DNA from: Fidelibacterota bacterium
Lineage (GTDB): Bacteria; Fidelibacterota; Marinisomatia; Marinisomatales; JABMOV01
Reading direction: 5' to 3'
Length of the DNA: 62,366 nucleotides
NCBI GenBank assembly: GCA_013203145.1
Contig: JABMOV010000105.1
Coordinates: 1 to 62,366, forward strand
Both the position numbers and the translations under genes were made by a program. The notes under the pieces were generated by a model, which was given only the letters and a program-made list of their open reading frames with translations, did not search any database and was not told where the DNA came from. This document shows, piece by piece, positions 41,827-50,792 of this stretch; position 1 is the first letter of the stretch; every line of letters begins with the position of its first letter.

Positions 41827-42117
41827 AACTTAAAATCGTGGCGTGAAATTAACGGGGATTCTTGGGAAGAGGAAGAGAAGTTTTAAGGTTCATGGTAGAT
41901 GTTTGATGGAAGATGGCAGATGTTGGAGTTCCGATTTATCGGGAGTAATCCCGATAGTGAAATGAAATGGAGCGTATCGTAAGAAGATGGCCTTCTGTTT
42001 CATTTATTTTTCCCATTGGTATTTTTCCAGCCTTAATTTTTGAATTAGAAAATAAGTTATAATTTTGTAACCCAAGTAATAAAAACGCATCTGATACATA
42101 TTAAAGCAGGAACCTGA

Positions 42118-42459
42118 ATGTTTTTTAGAAAACCACGACTAGATGAAATTGATGTAAATAATGCCAAACAACTGTTGGATAATCCTGACATAGTTTGGTT
42201 GGATGTGCGTGAAATTATTGAGCACAATCAATTGCGTATTCCGAATTCAACATTAATTCCCATGGGATTACTTCCTCTGCGAGAATCTGAACTCAGGGAT
42301 GTCCTGGACAAAGAAATTATTGTCTACTGTCGGACCGGAAGCCGTTCGTATCATGCCACGCGATGGTTAAACGACAGAGGATATAACGCTAAAAATATGG
42401 TGGGTGGAATTATGCAGTGGAGCAGGTTTGATCATCCAACAATACAAGGTGCAGTATGA
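42118..42459 (+). CDS. rhodanese-like domain protein
   Basis: 113 aa. Active-site loop 'VYCRTGSRS'. Confidence 0.85.
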   Translation: MFFRKPRLDEIDVNNAKQLLDNPDIVWLDVREIIEHNQLRIPNSTLIPMGLLPLRESELRDVLDKEIIVYCRTGSRSYHATRWLNDRGYNAKNMVGGIMQWSRFDHPTIQGAV

Positions 42460-43127
42460 AAACAAAACTTCAATTATTTATAATTTTATTATCACTTTCT
42501 ATCATGGCTTGTTTTGCAAAACCCAGTGCAACTGTTTCAGGAAAATTGCTTAGCGGATACCGGGTTTTAGCCGTTCAAGACAATGAGGAAAAGTTGACAT
42601 ACACTGTGTATCGTGGTGATTACATCAAGTTCCAATTGCCCAGTCAGGATCAAAATATTGATGTCATTTTCCCATCACTGGAAAAGTCTGAATCAATTAC
42701 GGGTATACCAGAGAATGATCCTTATTTCAAAATGAAAGCCAGCGGAAATTTTCAATTTATCATCGATGGTAAACCGGGAATTATAAAAGTATTGGACTAT
42801 GTTGAAAGCTCATATACTGAAATCTCCGCGACTGAAGCCAGGAATTTTATCCAAGATCGTGAACCGTTTATTTTGGATGTGAGATCAGCGCGCGAATATG
42901 CCGGTGGTCATCTACAGGATGCTACGCTGATACCCGTGCAAAACATTCAAAATCGTCTTCACGAATTAAGTGATTATAAAGAAAAAGATATCATTGTTTA
43001 TTGCCGATCAGGTAATCGTAGTACTGTTGCATCTAAAATCCTAGTTGATGCCGGATATAAACGAATTTATAACCTACGGTCTGGTATGAACGGTTGGTCC
43101 AAAGCAGGTTATCCTACCCAAAAATAA
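42456..43127 (+). CDS. secreted/lipoprotein with C-terminal rhodanese domain
   Basis: Signal sequence 'LFIILLSLSIMAC' and the active-site loop 'VYCRSGNRS'. Overlaps the previous gene by 4 nt. Confidence 0.8.
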   Translation: MKTKLQLFIILLSLSIMACFAKPSATVSGKLLSGYRVLAVQDNEEKLTYTVYRGDYIKFQLPSQDQNIDVIFPSLEKSESITGIPENDPYFKMKASGNFQFIIDGKPGIIKVLDYVESSYTEISATEARNFIQDREPFILDVRSAREYAGGHLQDATLIPVQNIQNRLHELSDYKEKDIIVYCRSGNRSTVASKILVDAGYKRIYNLRSGMNGWSKAGYPTQK

Positions 43128-43199
43128 TCTTTTGTTTAAGAGCGGATTTTCAATTTGATTTCGTTGTAATTTGTCCTCCAAACTGATATCAAGGGACGC

Positions 43200-44198
43200 A
43201 TGGGAGACAAAAAAGAAAAATCTATTCAACACCTCATCGGTGTAGCCGAATCTGTAATCAAAGCTGAGGCAGAAGAATTATTGCTTGTGGCAAATCGCAT
43301 CGATCATGATGTGGTGAAAGCGGCTGAAATCATTATAAATCATTCCGGTAAAATTGTTATTTGCGGATTAGGCAAATCTGGCATCATTGGGCAAAAAATC
43401 GTTGCCACATTAAATAGTACAGGTACCAGAGCCGTTTTTCTACATGCTGGCGAGGCTCTACATGGTGATTTGGGAATTTACAAGCCGGGTGATCCCACCA
43501 TTCTTTTATCTAAAAGCGGAAGTACCGAAGAAATATTGCAGTTGATTCCGGTTTTGCGTGAATTCAATTCGGTATTGATCGGTATTGTAGGAAATGTCTC
43601 TTCACCCGTGGCGGCGAATGTGGATGTCATTATTGATGCTTCCGTAAGCAGGGAAGCCGATCCGCTGGGTGTCGTACCCACAACAAGCACAACGGTGACC
43701 ATGGCAATCGGTGATGCATTAGCGGCAGTGCTCATGGTGGCACGCAATTTTAAACACGAAGATTTCGCCCGCTTTCATCCCGGAGGCAGTTTGGGTAAGC
43801 GTTTGAGATTACGTGTGAAAGATATCATGAAACCGCTTCGTTCTGTGGCAACGGCAAAAGCAACCGACTCGTTGCAAAAAGTCGTTATTGAGATGACAAA
43901 AAATCCCCAGGGTGCAGCCTTAATTGTAGACGATGATAATCATCTTGAAGGAATTTTTACTGAAGGTGATGTTCGTCGCTGTATGGCTCTGGACAAGGAT
44001 TTTCATGAGATCGAAGCAGGTCAAGCCATGACTGCCAATCCCATTTTTATTACCAGTGATGCCATTCTAAATGATGCCATAAATTTGATGGAAGATCGCT
44101 CATCACAGATATCAGTATTACCAGTCGTGGAAAATGGAGGAAAGATTTGCATAGGTCTCATTCGATTACACGATATTTATCAGACTAAATTGGTTTAA
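43200..44198 (+). CDS. kdsD: arabinose-5-phosphate isomerase (KpsF/GutQ family; SIS + tandem CBS)
   Basis: 'ICGLGKSGIIGQKI' SIS loop, 'FHPGGSLG', and a C-terminal CBS pair. Confidence 0.88.
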   Translation: MGDKKEKSIQHLIGVAESVIKAEAEELLLVANRIDHDVVKAAEIIINHSGKIVICGLGKSGIIGQKIVATLNSTGTRAVFLHAGEALHGDLGIYKPGDPTILLSKSGSTEEILQLIPVLREFNSVLIGIVGNVSSPVAANVDVIIDASVSREADPLGVVPTTSTTVTMAIGDALAAVLMVARNFKHEDFARFHPGGSLGKRLRLRVKDIMKPLRSVATAKATDSLQKVVIEMTKNPQGAALIVDDDNHLEGIFTEGDVRRCMALDKDFHEIEAGQAMTANPIFITSDAILNDAINLMEDRSSQISVLPVVENGGKICIGLIRLHDIYQTKLV

Positions 44199-44208
44199 TT
44201 CACTTTGT

Positions 44209-44245
44209 AAACTGACACGGACACTTTAAGTGTCCGTGTCAGTTT
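44209..44245 (+). terminator. perfect 16-bp stem hairpin downstream of kdsD
   Basis: AAACTGACACGGACAC-tttaa-GTGTCCGTGTCAGTTT. The T-tail is short. Confidence 0.6.
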
Positions 44246-44264
44246 CTAGATCAAGATATAAATA

Positions 44265-44298
44265 AAAAGCCCCCGAATCATCGGAGGCTTTTTATTTT
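44265..44298. terminator. bidirectional rho-independent terminator
   Basis: AAAAAGCCCCCGA-atca-TCGGAGGCTTTTTATTTT (1 mismatch in the stem). It lies immediately 3' of the minus-strand ABC operon. Confidence 0.7.
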
Positions 44299-44860
44299 AT
44301 TCAAATGGATTGGTAGCAGTCGTATCGGGTTCAGGCGGTTTAGGAATTTCACCCCAGTATTTTGGTGAAGTATTTAAAGTATAAATGACGTTTTCGTTAG
44401 TCAAATACACTTCATCTTCTCCTGGAATTCGCACATAATTATGACTCCAATCTGAGCTCGAACGCCCAAACATTGCAGATGCCAATTCTTTTTGTGATGC
44501 ATCTTTAACCTGAATAAATGATCCAAGGGAATCGTCTACGGAATAAGTAGCCCACTTAGCAGGATTTGACGATATCATTGTTTCGCGCTTAACAGCAAGC
44601 GTTTTGCTAAACAAATTGTCAATTTGCCCGGATTTCATCACGAGCGTATCATTCCCGGCAATCGTCCAACTATCACCAGTCCGGAAGAGTGTGATGCTTT
44701 CATTATCCTTAGAAATGGTCACTTCCCAAACATCATCTTTTTCAACATCAAATACTTCACCAGTTTTGGTAACATGTCGGTTTTGCATCATGGAGTTAAT
44801 TCCCCAAACGACTACCAAAACCACTAAAGCAATAGATGCCCATTTAAGTTCTTTAGTCAT
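44297..44860 (-). CDS. DUF4340-like protein (accessory to GldG-type ABC system)
   Basis: I chose the ATG at 44860 (ORF track: 44923). It has a GGAGGAG SD ~5 nt upstream and an 8-nt overlap (ATGACTAA) with the upstream stop. An N-terminal TM segment and its position after the GldG-like gene support the call. Confidence 0.6.
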   Translation of the reverse strand: MTKELKWASIALVVLVVVWGINSMMQNRHVTKTGEVFDVEKDDVWEVTISKDNESITLFRTGDSWTIAGNDTLVMKSGQIDNLFSKTLAVKRETMISSNPAKWATYSVDDSLGSFIQVKDASQKELASAMFGRSSSDWSHNYVRIPGEDEVYLTNENVIYTLNTSPKYWGEIPKPPEPDTTATNPFE

Positions 44861-46352
44861 AGAGCTCCTCCAAGAGTTTTGTGCGTCCACTTTCGCGCTT
44901 CCAATTGATAAATCCAAATCCAATAACCAATAGTGCAGGAAGTAAAATATTCAACCATTTCCAGCGTGCTTTAGAAGCATCTTCCAACTCACCTAATGGA
45001 CGAGTTGTGATTTCTCTGGATCGAAGTGCTACAAGATCACTATCGCCGATGAGGAAATCAACGGCATTCATAACAAATACCATATTTTCAGGACTTCGTC
45101 CGCCACCGTTATCACTCATGAGTTCAGAGTCACCCACCAAAATCAGCTGTGATAATCCACTGTTTTCACCAAATGATGCCGTAGCATATGCAGCCACCAA
45201 TTTTGGAGGTTGAGACAGATTTTTCAACATCGGATTATCAATGGGGCTCAAACTATATCGTCCCGTCATGGCTCCTGATCGATTTGATGAGGAAAACAGA
45301 GGAAGGATTGATCCACTTCCAGTTGTATCTGCGATGATTTCACTGGTAAAAAACAATCGTAATTGTTCTAAACCTGACACAATGGTATGATCATTAAAAT
45401 CTCTGATCAGTGGGAAGAATTGATATTCCATGGCAGTATTGTAAGAAAAGATACCATTACGTTGTTGAACGGTGACACTTCCACACTTTTTGTCCAACAC
45501 AAGGTTTTCCTGAATATGTAATCCAAATTGATCGGTAAGATCAAAAATATTGGATTGAATGGGCGTTCCTTGTTGTGATTGCAAATCGGCAGAAACTCTG
45601 GATTGACCCATGAGAACATTTCCACCATTGGATACGTAATTCTGAAGATTCGCATATTCGGTTGTAGATAATGAATCGGTCATTCCATTCACCAATACCA
45701 TTTGCACTGTAGGTGGAATGGGATTCGCTAACTGAATATTCTGTACTTGATAGGATTCTCTGAGGGCATTGGCAATATTCTCATTCTTTGACGTTTGATG
45801 AGCTGCTGTTGCAAAGGCCACGGATTTCTGTTGCGTATCCACCAGTTTTTTGATTTTGGTGGTAATATCATATTCAAGACCCGTCGTTGTTTGAATAATG
45901 GGAATCGATTCACGTTTATCTTCATAAAGGATAACCATTCCCATATGAACCCGTTTGATTTCCATTTTATCATTTTCCACAACTTGAAGTTGAACTGGTT
46001 GAATACCATATTTTTGTGCTTCTTGAGTCAGTTCTTCATCATTATCCGGTTTATAAAATTCAAACCGAAGTTTTCCGTCAGAGTAAGCAGAATATTCTTC
46101 TAAAATATCCTGTAAGAAGCGACGATTATTTCCGTATTCCCCAGGAAGGTTTTCTGAGAAGTACACTTTTACCGTCATCAAGTCGTCAATTTTATTCAAG
46201 ACAGCTTTACTGGATTTTGATAAGGAATACATTTTGTTATCCGTAAAATCAAGGCGGAAGAACATATTCCGTGCTACCACATTTGCCAATAAGACAGCTA
46301 CTAAAGCGATGACGATATATATCGTTAGAGATTTTTTATTCATTACATCCAT
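44853..46352 (-). CDS. GldG-like ABC-transport auxiliary protein
   Basis: 499 aa with N- and C-terminal TM anchors. Sits downstream of the ABC-2 permease and ATPase. Confidence 0.7.
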   Translation of the reverse strand: MDVMNKKSLTIYIVIALVAVLLANVVARNMFFRLDFTDNKMYSLSKSSKAVLNKIDDLMTVKVYFSENLPGEYGNNRRFLQDILEEYSAYSDGKLRFEFYKPDNDEELTQEAQKYGIQPVQLQVVENDKMEIKRVHMGMVILYEDKRESIPIIQTTTGLEYDITTKIKKLVDTQQKSVAFATAAHQTSKNENIANALRESYQVQNIQLANPIPPTVQMVLVNGMTDSLSTTEYANLQNYVSNGGNVLMGQSRVSADLQSQQGTPIQSNIFDLTDQFGLHIQENLVLDKKCGSVTVQQRNGIFSYNTAMEYQFFPLIRDFNDHTIVSGLEQLRLFFTSEIIADTTGSGSILPLFSSSNRSGAMTGRYSLSPIDNPMLKNLSQPPKLVAAYATASFGENSGLSQLILVGDSELMSDNGGGRSPENMVFVMNAVDFLIGDSDLVALRSREITTRPLGELEDASKARWKWLNILLPALLVIGFGFINWKRESGRTKLLEELYD

Positions 46353-46355
46353 GAC

Positions 46356-47069
46356 TTACCTCCATCTCCGAGTTTCTACCATACGGATGGTAAGGGTGAG
46401 AAAAAGCCATATCATGGTTCCAAAGTAAATCAGGTTTCGGGAATCAATTACTCCTCGCGACATATTTGATAAATGGTAATCCACGCTCAAATACTGGATA
46501 ATCCCTGCCAGTGAATGAGGGACGAATATTAGGAGTTTATCCATGAGGAAAAATACCAATACGATGACGACCGCAATGATAAATGCCACCACTTGATTTT
46601 CAGTAAGGCTGCTGGAAAAAATCCCGATGGCAGCATAAAATGCACCAACGAAAATCAATCCCAGATACCCACAAAGGGCCGCACCAAAATCAATATTAGC
46701 TCCCACAGACGCTAAGGTGAAAAAGTGTACCAGGGTAAATGCTAAACCTGCAACGATAAGTACTAAAGCGGACAGATATTTACCCATCACAAATTCCCAA
46801 TCACGGATTGGCAATGTTGCAATTACCTCGATGGTACCGATATTTTTCTCCCTCGCCAAAAGTCCCATGGTAATCACAGGAATAAAGAAAAGGTAAACCA
46901 ATGGAACGATGCTGAATAATGCGCGCATATCCGATTGATTAATGAGGAAAAATGTGTTTGTAAAGAAATACCCGTTAAACAGGGTGAAACACACCAAAAA
47001 TATATATGCCATTGGACTCATGAAATAGGAGCGGAGTTCTTTGACAAAAATGGTTTTCACATTATGCAT
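46356..47069 (-). CDS. ABC-2 family transporter permease (GldF-like)
   Basis: 237 aa with about 6 hydrophobic segments. Overlaps the ATPase gene by 8 nt. Confidence 0.8.
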   Translation of the reverse strand: MHNVKTIFVKELRSYFMSPMAYIFLVCFTLFNGYFFTNTFFLINQSDMRALFSIVPLVYLFFIPVITMGLLAREKNIGTIEVIATLPIRDWEFVMGKYLSALVLIVAGLAFTLVHFFTLASVGANIDFGAALCGYLGLIFVGAFYAAIGIFSSSLTENQVVAFIIAVVIVLVFFLMDKLLIFVPHSLAGIIQYLSVDYHLSNMSRGVIDSRNLIYFGTMIWLFLTLTIRMVETRRWR

Positions 47070-48006
47070 TTGAGCCTCCTTCCATGGTCAATGAGCGGAA
47101 TACATCCTCAAGTTGAATTTTATGTCTGCTCATTTCAAGGATGACCCATCCGGAATCGACGGCATGCTTGAAAATGGATTCCCGCGGATCAGATCCACGT
47201 TCATATTCAATAGAAAGTGAAAATGTTTCACCATCCTTAGGTCCGATGGATACATCCAATGCCGGATGTGTTGCTTTCAATGTATGGACAGAATCCTCGC
47301 TCACATTTTTCACTTCAAGAGCAAGCTGAGTACGACCTTTAAGATTGGCAATGAGTTCCTTGCTGGTTCCATTTGCCACAATGATTCCGTCATCAATGAT
47401 GACGATTCGGTCTACCGTTGCTTCGATTTCTTGAAGAATATGGCTGGACATAATGACCATTTTTTCTTGTCCGATTTGCTTGATAAGCTCCCGGATTTCC
47501 ACAATTTGGTTTGGATCTAATCCTGTGACAGGTTCATCCAAAATTAATATGTGTGGATCATGAATCATGGCACATGCTAATCCAATGCGCTGTTTGTATC
47601 CTTTCGAACAGGCTGAAATCTGGCGGTGGATGACACCTTGTAACCCGCATTGTTCCACAACTTTGCCCAATGCTTTTCGGAAATCTTTACCGATAATTCC
47701 TCTTACACGAGCTGTGAACTCAAGTAAATCATATACCATCATTTCTGGGTATAGTGGATTCGATTCAGGTAAATATCCAATTTGCTGACGGATATCCAGG
47801 GAATGATCTAAAATGTTTTGATCGTTTACATAAACATTTCCCGATGTTGGGGAAAGAAAGCTAGTCATGATTTTTAAGGTTGTTGATTTACCAGCGCCGT
47901 TGGCACCTAAAAATCCAACAATTTCGCCATCATTTACGTCAAAACTAATAGATCGCAAAGCCTGGACATCACCATAATGTTTAACAAGATTCTCAATACG
48001 AATCAT
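47062..48006 (-). CDS. ABC transporter ATP-binding protein (GldA-like)
   Basis: Walker A 'GANGAGKST', signature variant 'CSKGYKQR', Walker B 'ILILDEP'. Confidence 0.92.
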   Translation of the reverse strand: MIRIENLVKHYGDVQALRSISFDVNDGEIVGFLGANGAGKSTTLKIMTSFLSPTSGNVYVNDQNILDHSLDIRQQIGYLPESNPLYPEMMVYDLLEFTARVRGIIGKDFRKALGKVVEQCGLQGVIHRQISACSKGYKQRIGLACAMIHDPHILILDEPVTGLDPNQIVEIRELIKQIGQEKMVIMSSHILQEIEATVDRIVIIDDGIIVANGTSKELIANLKGRTQLALEVKNVSEDSVHTLKATHPALDVSIGPKDGETFSLSIEYERGSDPRESIFKHAVDSGWVILEMSRHKIQLEDVFRSLTMEGGSNA

Positions 48007-48217
48007 TGGTGATAACCCTCCAATATTATTTGGCTATACTTTGAAAAAAAACAAAAGTTCCATACAAATTCAGGGCGGGAAATTAAGTGGTGATGCACGG
48101 AGATGGAAGAGAGAAAATGAATGAGTTGCTAGCTATTAGTTAGGAGTTTACAGGTTTCAGTATTAGGAGATAAGAATGGAGTGGTTGATGGATAAAAGAA
48201 AAAACATTAACCACGTT

Positions 48218-48252
48218 TGTCATTCCGATCCCGACGGGTCGGGGGAGGAATC
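48218..48252. repeat. nested-palindrome intergenic repeat
   Basis: TGTCATTCC-gat-CCCGAC-gg-GTCGGG-gga-GGAATC. The inner stem is a perfect 6 bp and the outer arms are ATTCC/GGAAT. Confidence 0.6.
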
Positions 48253-48357
48253 TACTTTAATTAATATAGATTAAAGATTTATACAACGAAGATTTCTCAC
48301 ATGTCTTCGACATGATTCGAACTGACAGCGACTGAAGTACGTTTGAAAAACACTAAA

Positions 48358-48439
48358 CTGTCATCACGAGCGAAGCGACGTGATCACATAAAACATACAA
48401 TGGGATTGCTTCTCCAGATAAATCGGGATCGCAATGACA
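48358..48439. repeat. nested-palindrome intergenic repeat related to 50382..50598
   Basis: CTGTCATCACGAGCGAAGCGACGTGATC ... GGGATTGCTTC ... CGGGATCGCAATGACA. It has the same TGTCATC.CGA / TCGCAATGACA ends as the tandem units downstream. Confidence 0.6.
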
Positions 48440-48537
48440 ATAAATTAACTGTGAAATATTTTTCCTCAACATTAGTGTCTCAAAATGCATCGAAAATCTA
48501 TAAATTTTGCTCTAATTATTGTGGTAAAGGTTACTGA

Positions 48538-49497
48538 ATGAATAAAGATTTTGTTTTAAGTATAGACGTCGGCGGTACAAACACCGCGTTTGGACTTGTT
48601 GATAAAACGGGTTACTGTATTGCCAAGGATTCCTTACGAACCAATTCAGGGAAAACTGCCGAAGAATTATTTACACATTTATTTATGCAGTTTTCAAACA
48701 CACTGAAAGAATTCAAAAAGGATCATCATTTGGTTGGGGTTGGTATTGGTGCTCCCAATGCGAACTATTATACTGGTGAAGTCAAAGCTCCACCAAATCT
48801 AACCTGGCATGATGTAAACCTGGTCCAGCTCCTTTCTCAATTTGTGGACGTTCCTGTAGTAATTACCAATGACGCCAATGCCGCTGCATTAGGTGAAATG
48901 CATTTTGGTGCTGCTAAAAACATGAAACACTTTATTGAAATAACATTGGGTACAGGATTGGGAAGCGGTATTGTTGTTGATGGAAAAGTTGTATATGGTC
49001 AGGATGGTTTTGCTGGCGAATTGGGACATGTGACAGCAATCTTTGATGGGCGAATATGTGGTTGTGGTCGCAAAGGATGTCTTGAGGCATATGCATCAGC
49101 TACTGGCATTGTGAAAACCGCGGTTGAAATGATGGATACTATAAATGGTGACTCAGAACTTTTACATATTGATAAGGAAAAACTTGAATCCAGAGATGTA
49201 TTTGTAGCTGCGCAAAATGGTGATCAATTGGCATTGGAAATTTTTGAAAAAACAGGTGAAATCCTTGGACGTACTCTGGCAAATTCCGTCGTTCATACGT
49301 CCCCTGAAGCATTCATCTTTTTTGGTGGCATGGCGCAGGCAGGTGATTTGATTTTGGATCCGGTACGACGACATTTAGAAAAAAATGTTATGAAAGTATT
49401 CAAAGGAAAAACAAAAGTATTACCATCCGGTTTGCCAGGAACCGATGCTGCCATTTTAGGTGCCGCAGCATTAATCTGGAATGAATTAGACTCATGA
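48538..49497 (+). CDS. ROK family sugar kinase (glucokinase-like)
   Basis: 'IDVGGTN', 'GAGELGH'-type loop 'FAGELGH', and the ROK zinc motif 'CGCGRKGCLEAY'. Confidence 0.88.
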   Translation: MNKDFVLSIDVGGTNTAFGLVDKTGYCIAKDSLRTNSGKTAEELFTHLFMQFSNTLKEFKKDHHLVGVGIGAPNANYYTGEVKAPPNLTWHDVNLVQLLSQFVDVPVVITNDANAAALGEMHFGAAKNMKHFIEITLGTGLGSGIVVDGKVVYGQDGFAGELGHVTAIFDGRICGCGRKGCLEAYASATGIVKTAVEMMDTINGDSELLHIDKEKLESRDVFVAAQNGDQLALEIFEKTGEILGRTLANSVVHTSPEAFIFFGGMAQAGDLILDPVRRHLEKNVMKVFKGKTKVLPSGLPGTDAAILGAAALIWNELDS

Positions 49498-50381
49498 AAA
49501 TACTAATATCAAATTTGCCGAAAAACCCCTGGTGGGGACACGGAACTCCCATCTATGAAAATAATCCTGCAATGAAAGAAGGGGTCGTACCCAATCAGGA
49601 ATTGGTTGAAATTGAGATTTATCTTCTGAAAAAACTTTTTCAAAAGTTACCTTTTGAACTCATCGACCTTGACTTTCCATATATCTTAGACCAACACAAT
49701 TTTGATTTACGGCAACACGATTTTGTTTTTGTCCGTGATTTATTTACCAGCGATCAAAATGGAAACGTCGTTATTTCAAAATTCCGTGAAAAAGAGCGAC
49801 AGATTGAAGCGGATATTATTCAGGTCATTTTAGATGCTATGGGTTATAAAACGCATCGATTGCCGGAATCATCCGATTGCTTTGCCGAAGGTGGAGAATT
49901 TTATTATTGTTCGAATGAAAAATTTCTTTTTGGAGGTATTTCACGGAATAATATAAAAGGTACTGAGAAAGTCGCCGAAATCCTGAATGTCAAAGAGTTG
50001 GTTATACTAGAATCAAAAGCATTTCATTTGGATACGATTTTTACGCCTGTATTTAATAAGGAAAACAAAACTGTGGCGGTGATTACAGCAACGGAATTAC
50101 TGACGAATGAATCTGCAAGGAACTTGACAGTATTCTGTGAAAAGTATGGTATTGAGTTGGTACAGGTTTCGCCGGAGGAGGCCATCGGCACCGACACCGA
50201 ATTAGGTGAATTTGCAGTGAATTGTTTACCGCTGCCTGGATATCTTATAGGTCCGGCACGTTTCAGAAGTAATAAAATTGACCCATTATTAAAATCGTTG
50301 GGCGTCATGCATATCACCATTCCAACAACCCAATTTCGTTTAAGCGGTGGAGCGATTCATTGTTTAACAAATGAATTATAA
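49494..50381 (+). CDS. guanidino-group-modifying enzyme superfamily protein (amidinotransferase/DDAH-like)
   Basis: Ordered motifs 'FVFVRD', 'AEGGEF', 'FHLDT' and the C-terminal catalytic-Cys motif 'SGGAIHCLT'. Overlaps the ROK gene by 4 nt. Confidence 0.65.
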   Translation: MKILISNLPKNPWWGHGTPIYENNPAMKEGVVPNQELVEIEIYLLKKLFQKLPFELIDLDFPYILDQHNFDLRQHDFVFVRDLFTSDQNGNVVISKFREKERQIEADIIQVILDAMGYKTHRLPESSDCFAEGGEFYYCSNEKFLFGGISRNNIKGTEKVAEILNVKELVILESKAFHLDTIFTPVFNKENKTVAVITATELLTNESARNLTVFCEKYGIELVQVSPEEAIGTDTELGEFAVNCLPLPGYLIGPARFRSNKIDPLLKSLGVMHITIPTTQFRLSGGAIHCLTNEL

Positions 50382-50598
50382 ATTGCTTTGTCGTTCTTTT
50401 AGGACTCCTCGTAATGACACGGGTATTGTCATCGCGAACGTAGTGCGGCGATCTAAGCAGAATTATAGATTACTTCGTCGTTCCAATAAACTGGAACTCC
50501 TCGCAATGACATAGGTATTGTCATCGCGAACGCAGTGCGGCGATCTAAGCGGAATTTGAGATTGTTTCGTCGTCCTGTCAGGACTCCTCGCAATGACA
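50382..50598 (+). repeat. tandem array (2.4 copies, 87-92-nt unit) of nested-palindrome repeats
   Basis: The units are 50382-50468, 50469-50560 and 50561-50598 (partial). Each has ATT..TT.GTCGT..GGA.CTCCTCG.AATGACA..GGTATTGTCATCGCGAACG.AGTGCGGCGATCTAAGC.GAAT. The arms TCGCAATGACA and TGTCATCGCGA are inverted copies. Confidence 0.85.
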
Positions 50599-50792
50599 AT
50601 GAATAGTGGAAATACACTACAAAATGATCATTTATGGTTGTTTGACGATATTCAAAAAGGCAGTCCCTTGGTTATCTTATTTGCACTTTAAACCATCATT
50701 ATTACAAACCAATTGGTAGCTCGAAAATTTACTCTAGTTACAAAACAGGCGACGTAATAAATATAAAATAATTCACGTTTCTTTCTTCAGAT

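Noticed and set aside
41937-41956. An 8-bp perfect hairpin with a GTAA loop (TATCGGGA-gtaa-TCCCGATA), plus nearby AGATG(T/G)-rich repeats, in the rodZ/rhodanese divergent region.
   Set aside because: It probably belongs to the same intergenic repeat background; similar 'CGGGAT' and 'GATGGAAGA' strings occur at 48.1-48.4 kb. I could support no specific riboswitch or regulator site.
48311-48330. A tRNA remnant suggested by GATTCGAAC (minus strand GTTCGAATC, T-loop-like).
   Set aside because: The 5 nt on either side of the would-be T-loop do not pair (GTCAG against CATGT). I could not build an acceptor or anticodon stem.
48343-48537. A 64-aa ORF (MKNTKLSSRAKRRDHIKHT...) immediately upstream of the ROK kinase.
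   Set aside because: It is made almost entirely of the nested-palindrome repeat (TGTCATCACGAGCGAAGCGACGTGATC...GATCGCAATGACA). It has no SD and its composition is basic and low-complexity. I treat it as a reading-frame artefact of a non-coding repeat.
50382-50598. Possible CRISPR array, given repeated ~90-nt units with palindromic cores.
   Set aside because: The units are contiguous, with no unique spacers between conserved repeats. There are only 2.4 copies, the unit length and internal structure do not fit CRISPR repeats, and no cas genes are in the window.
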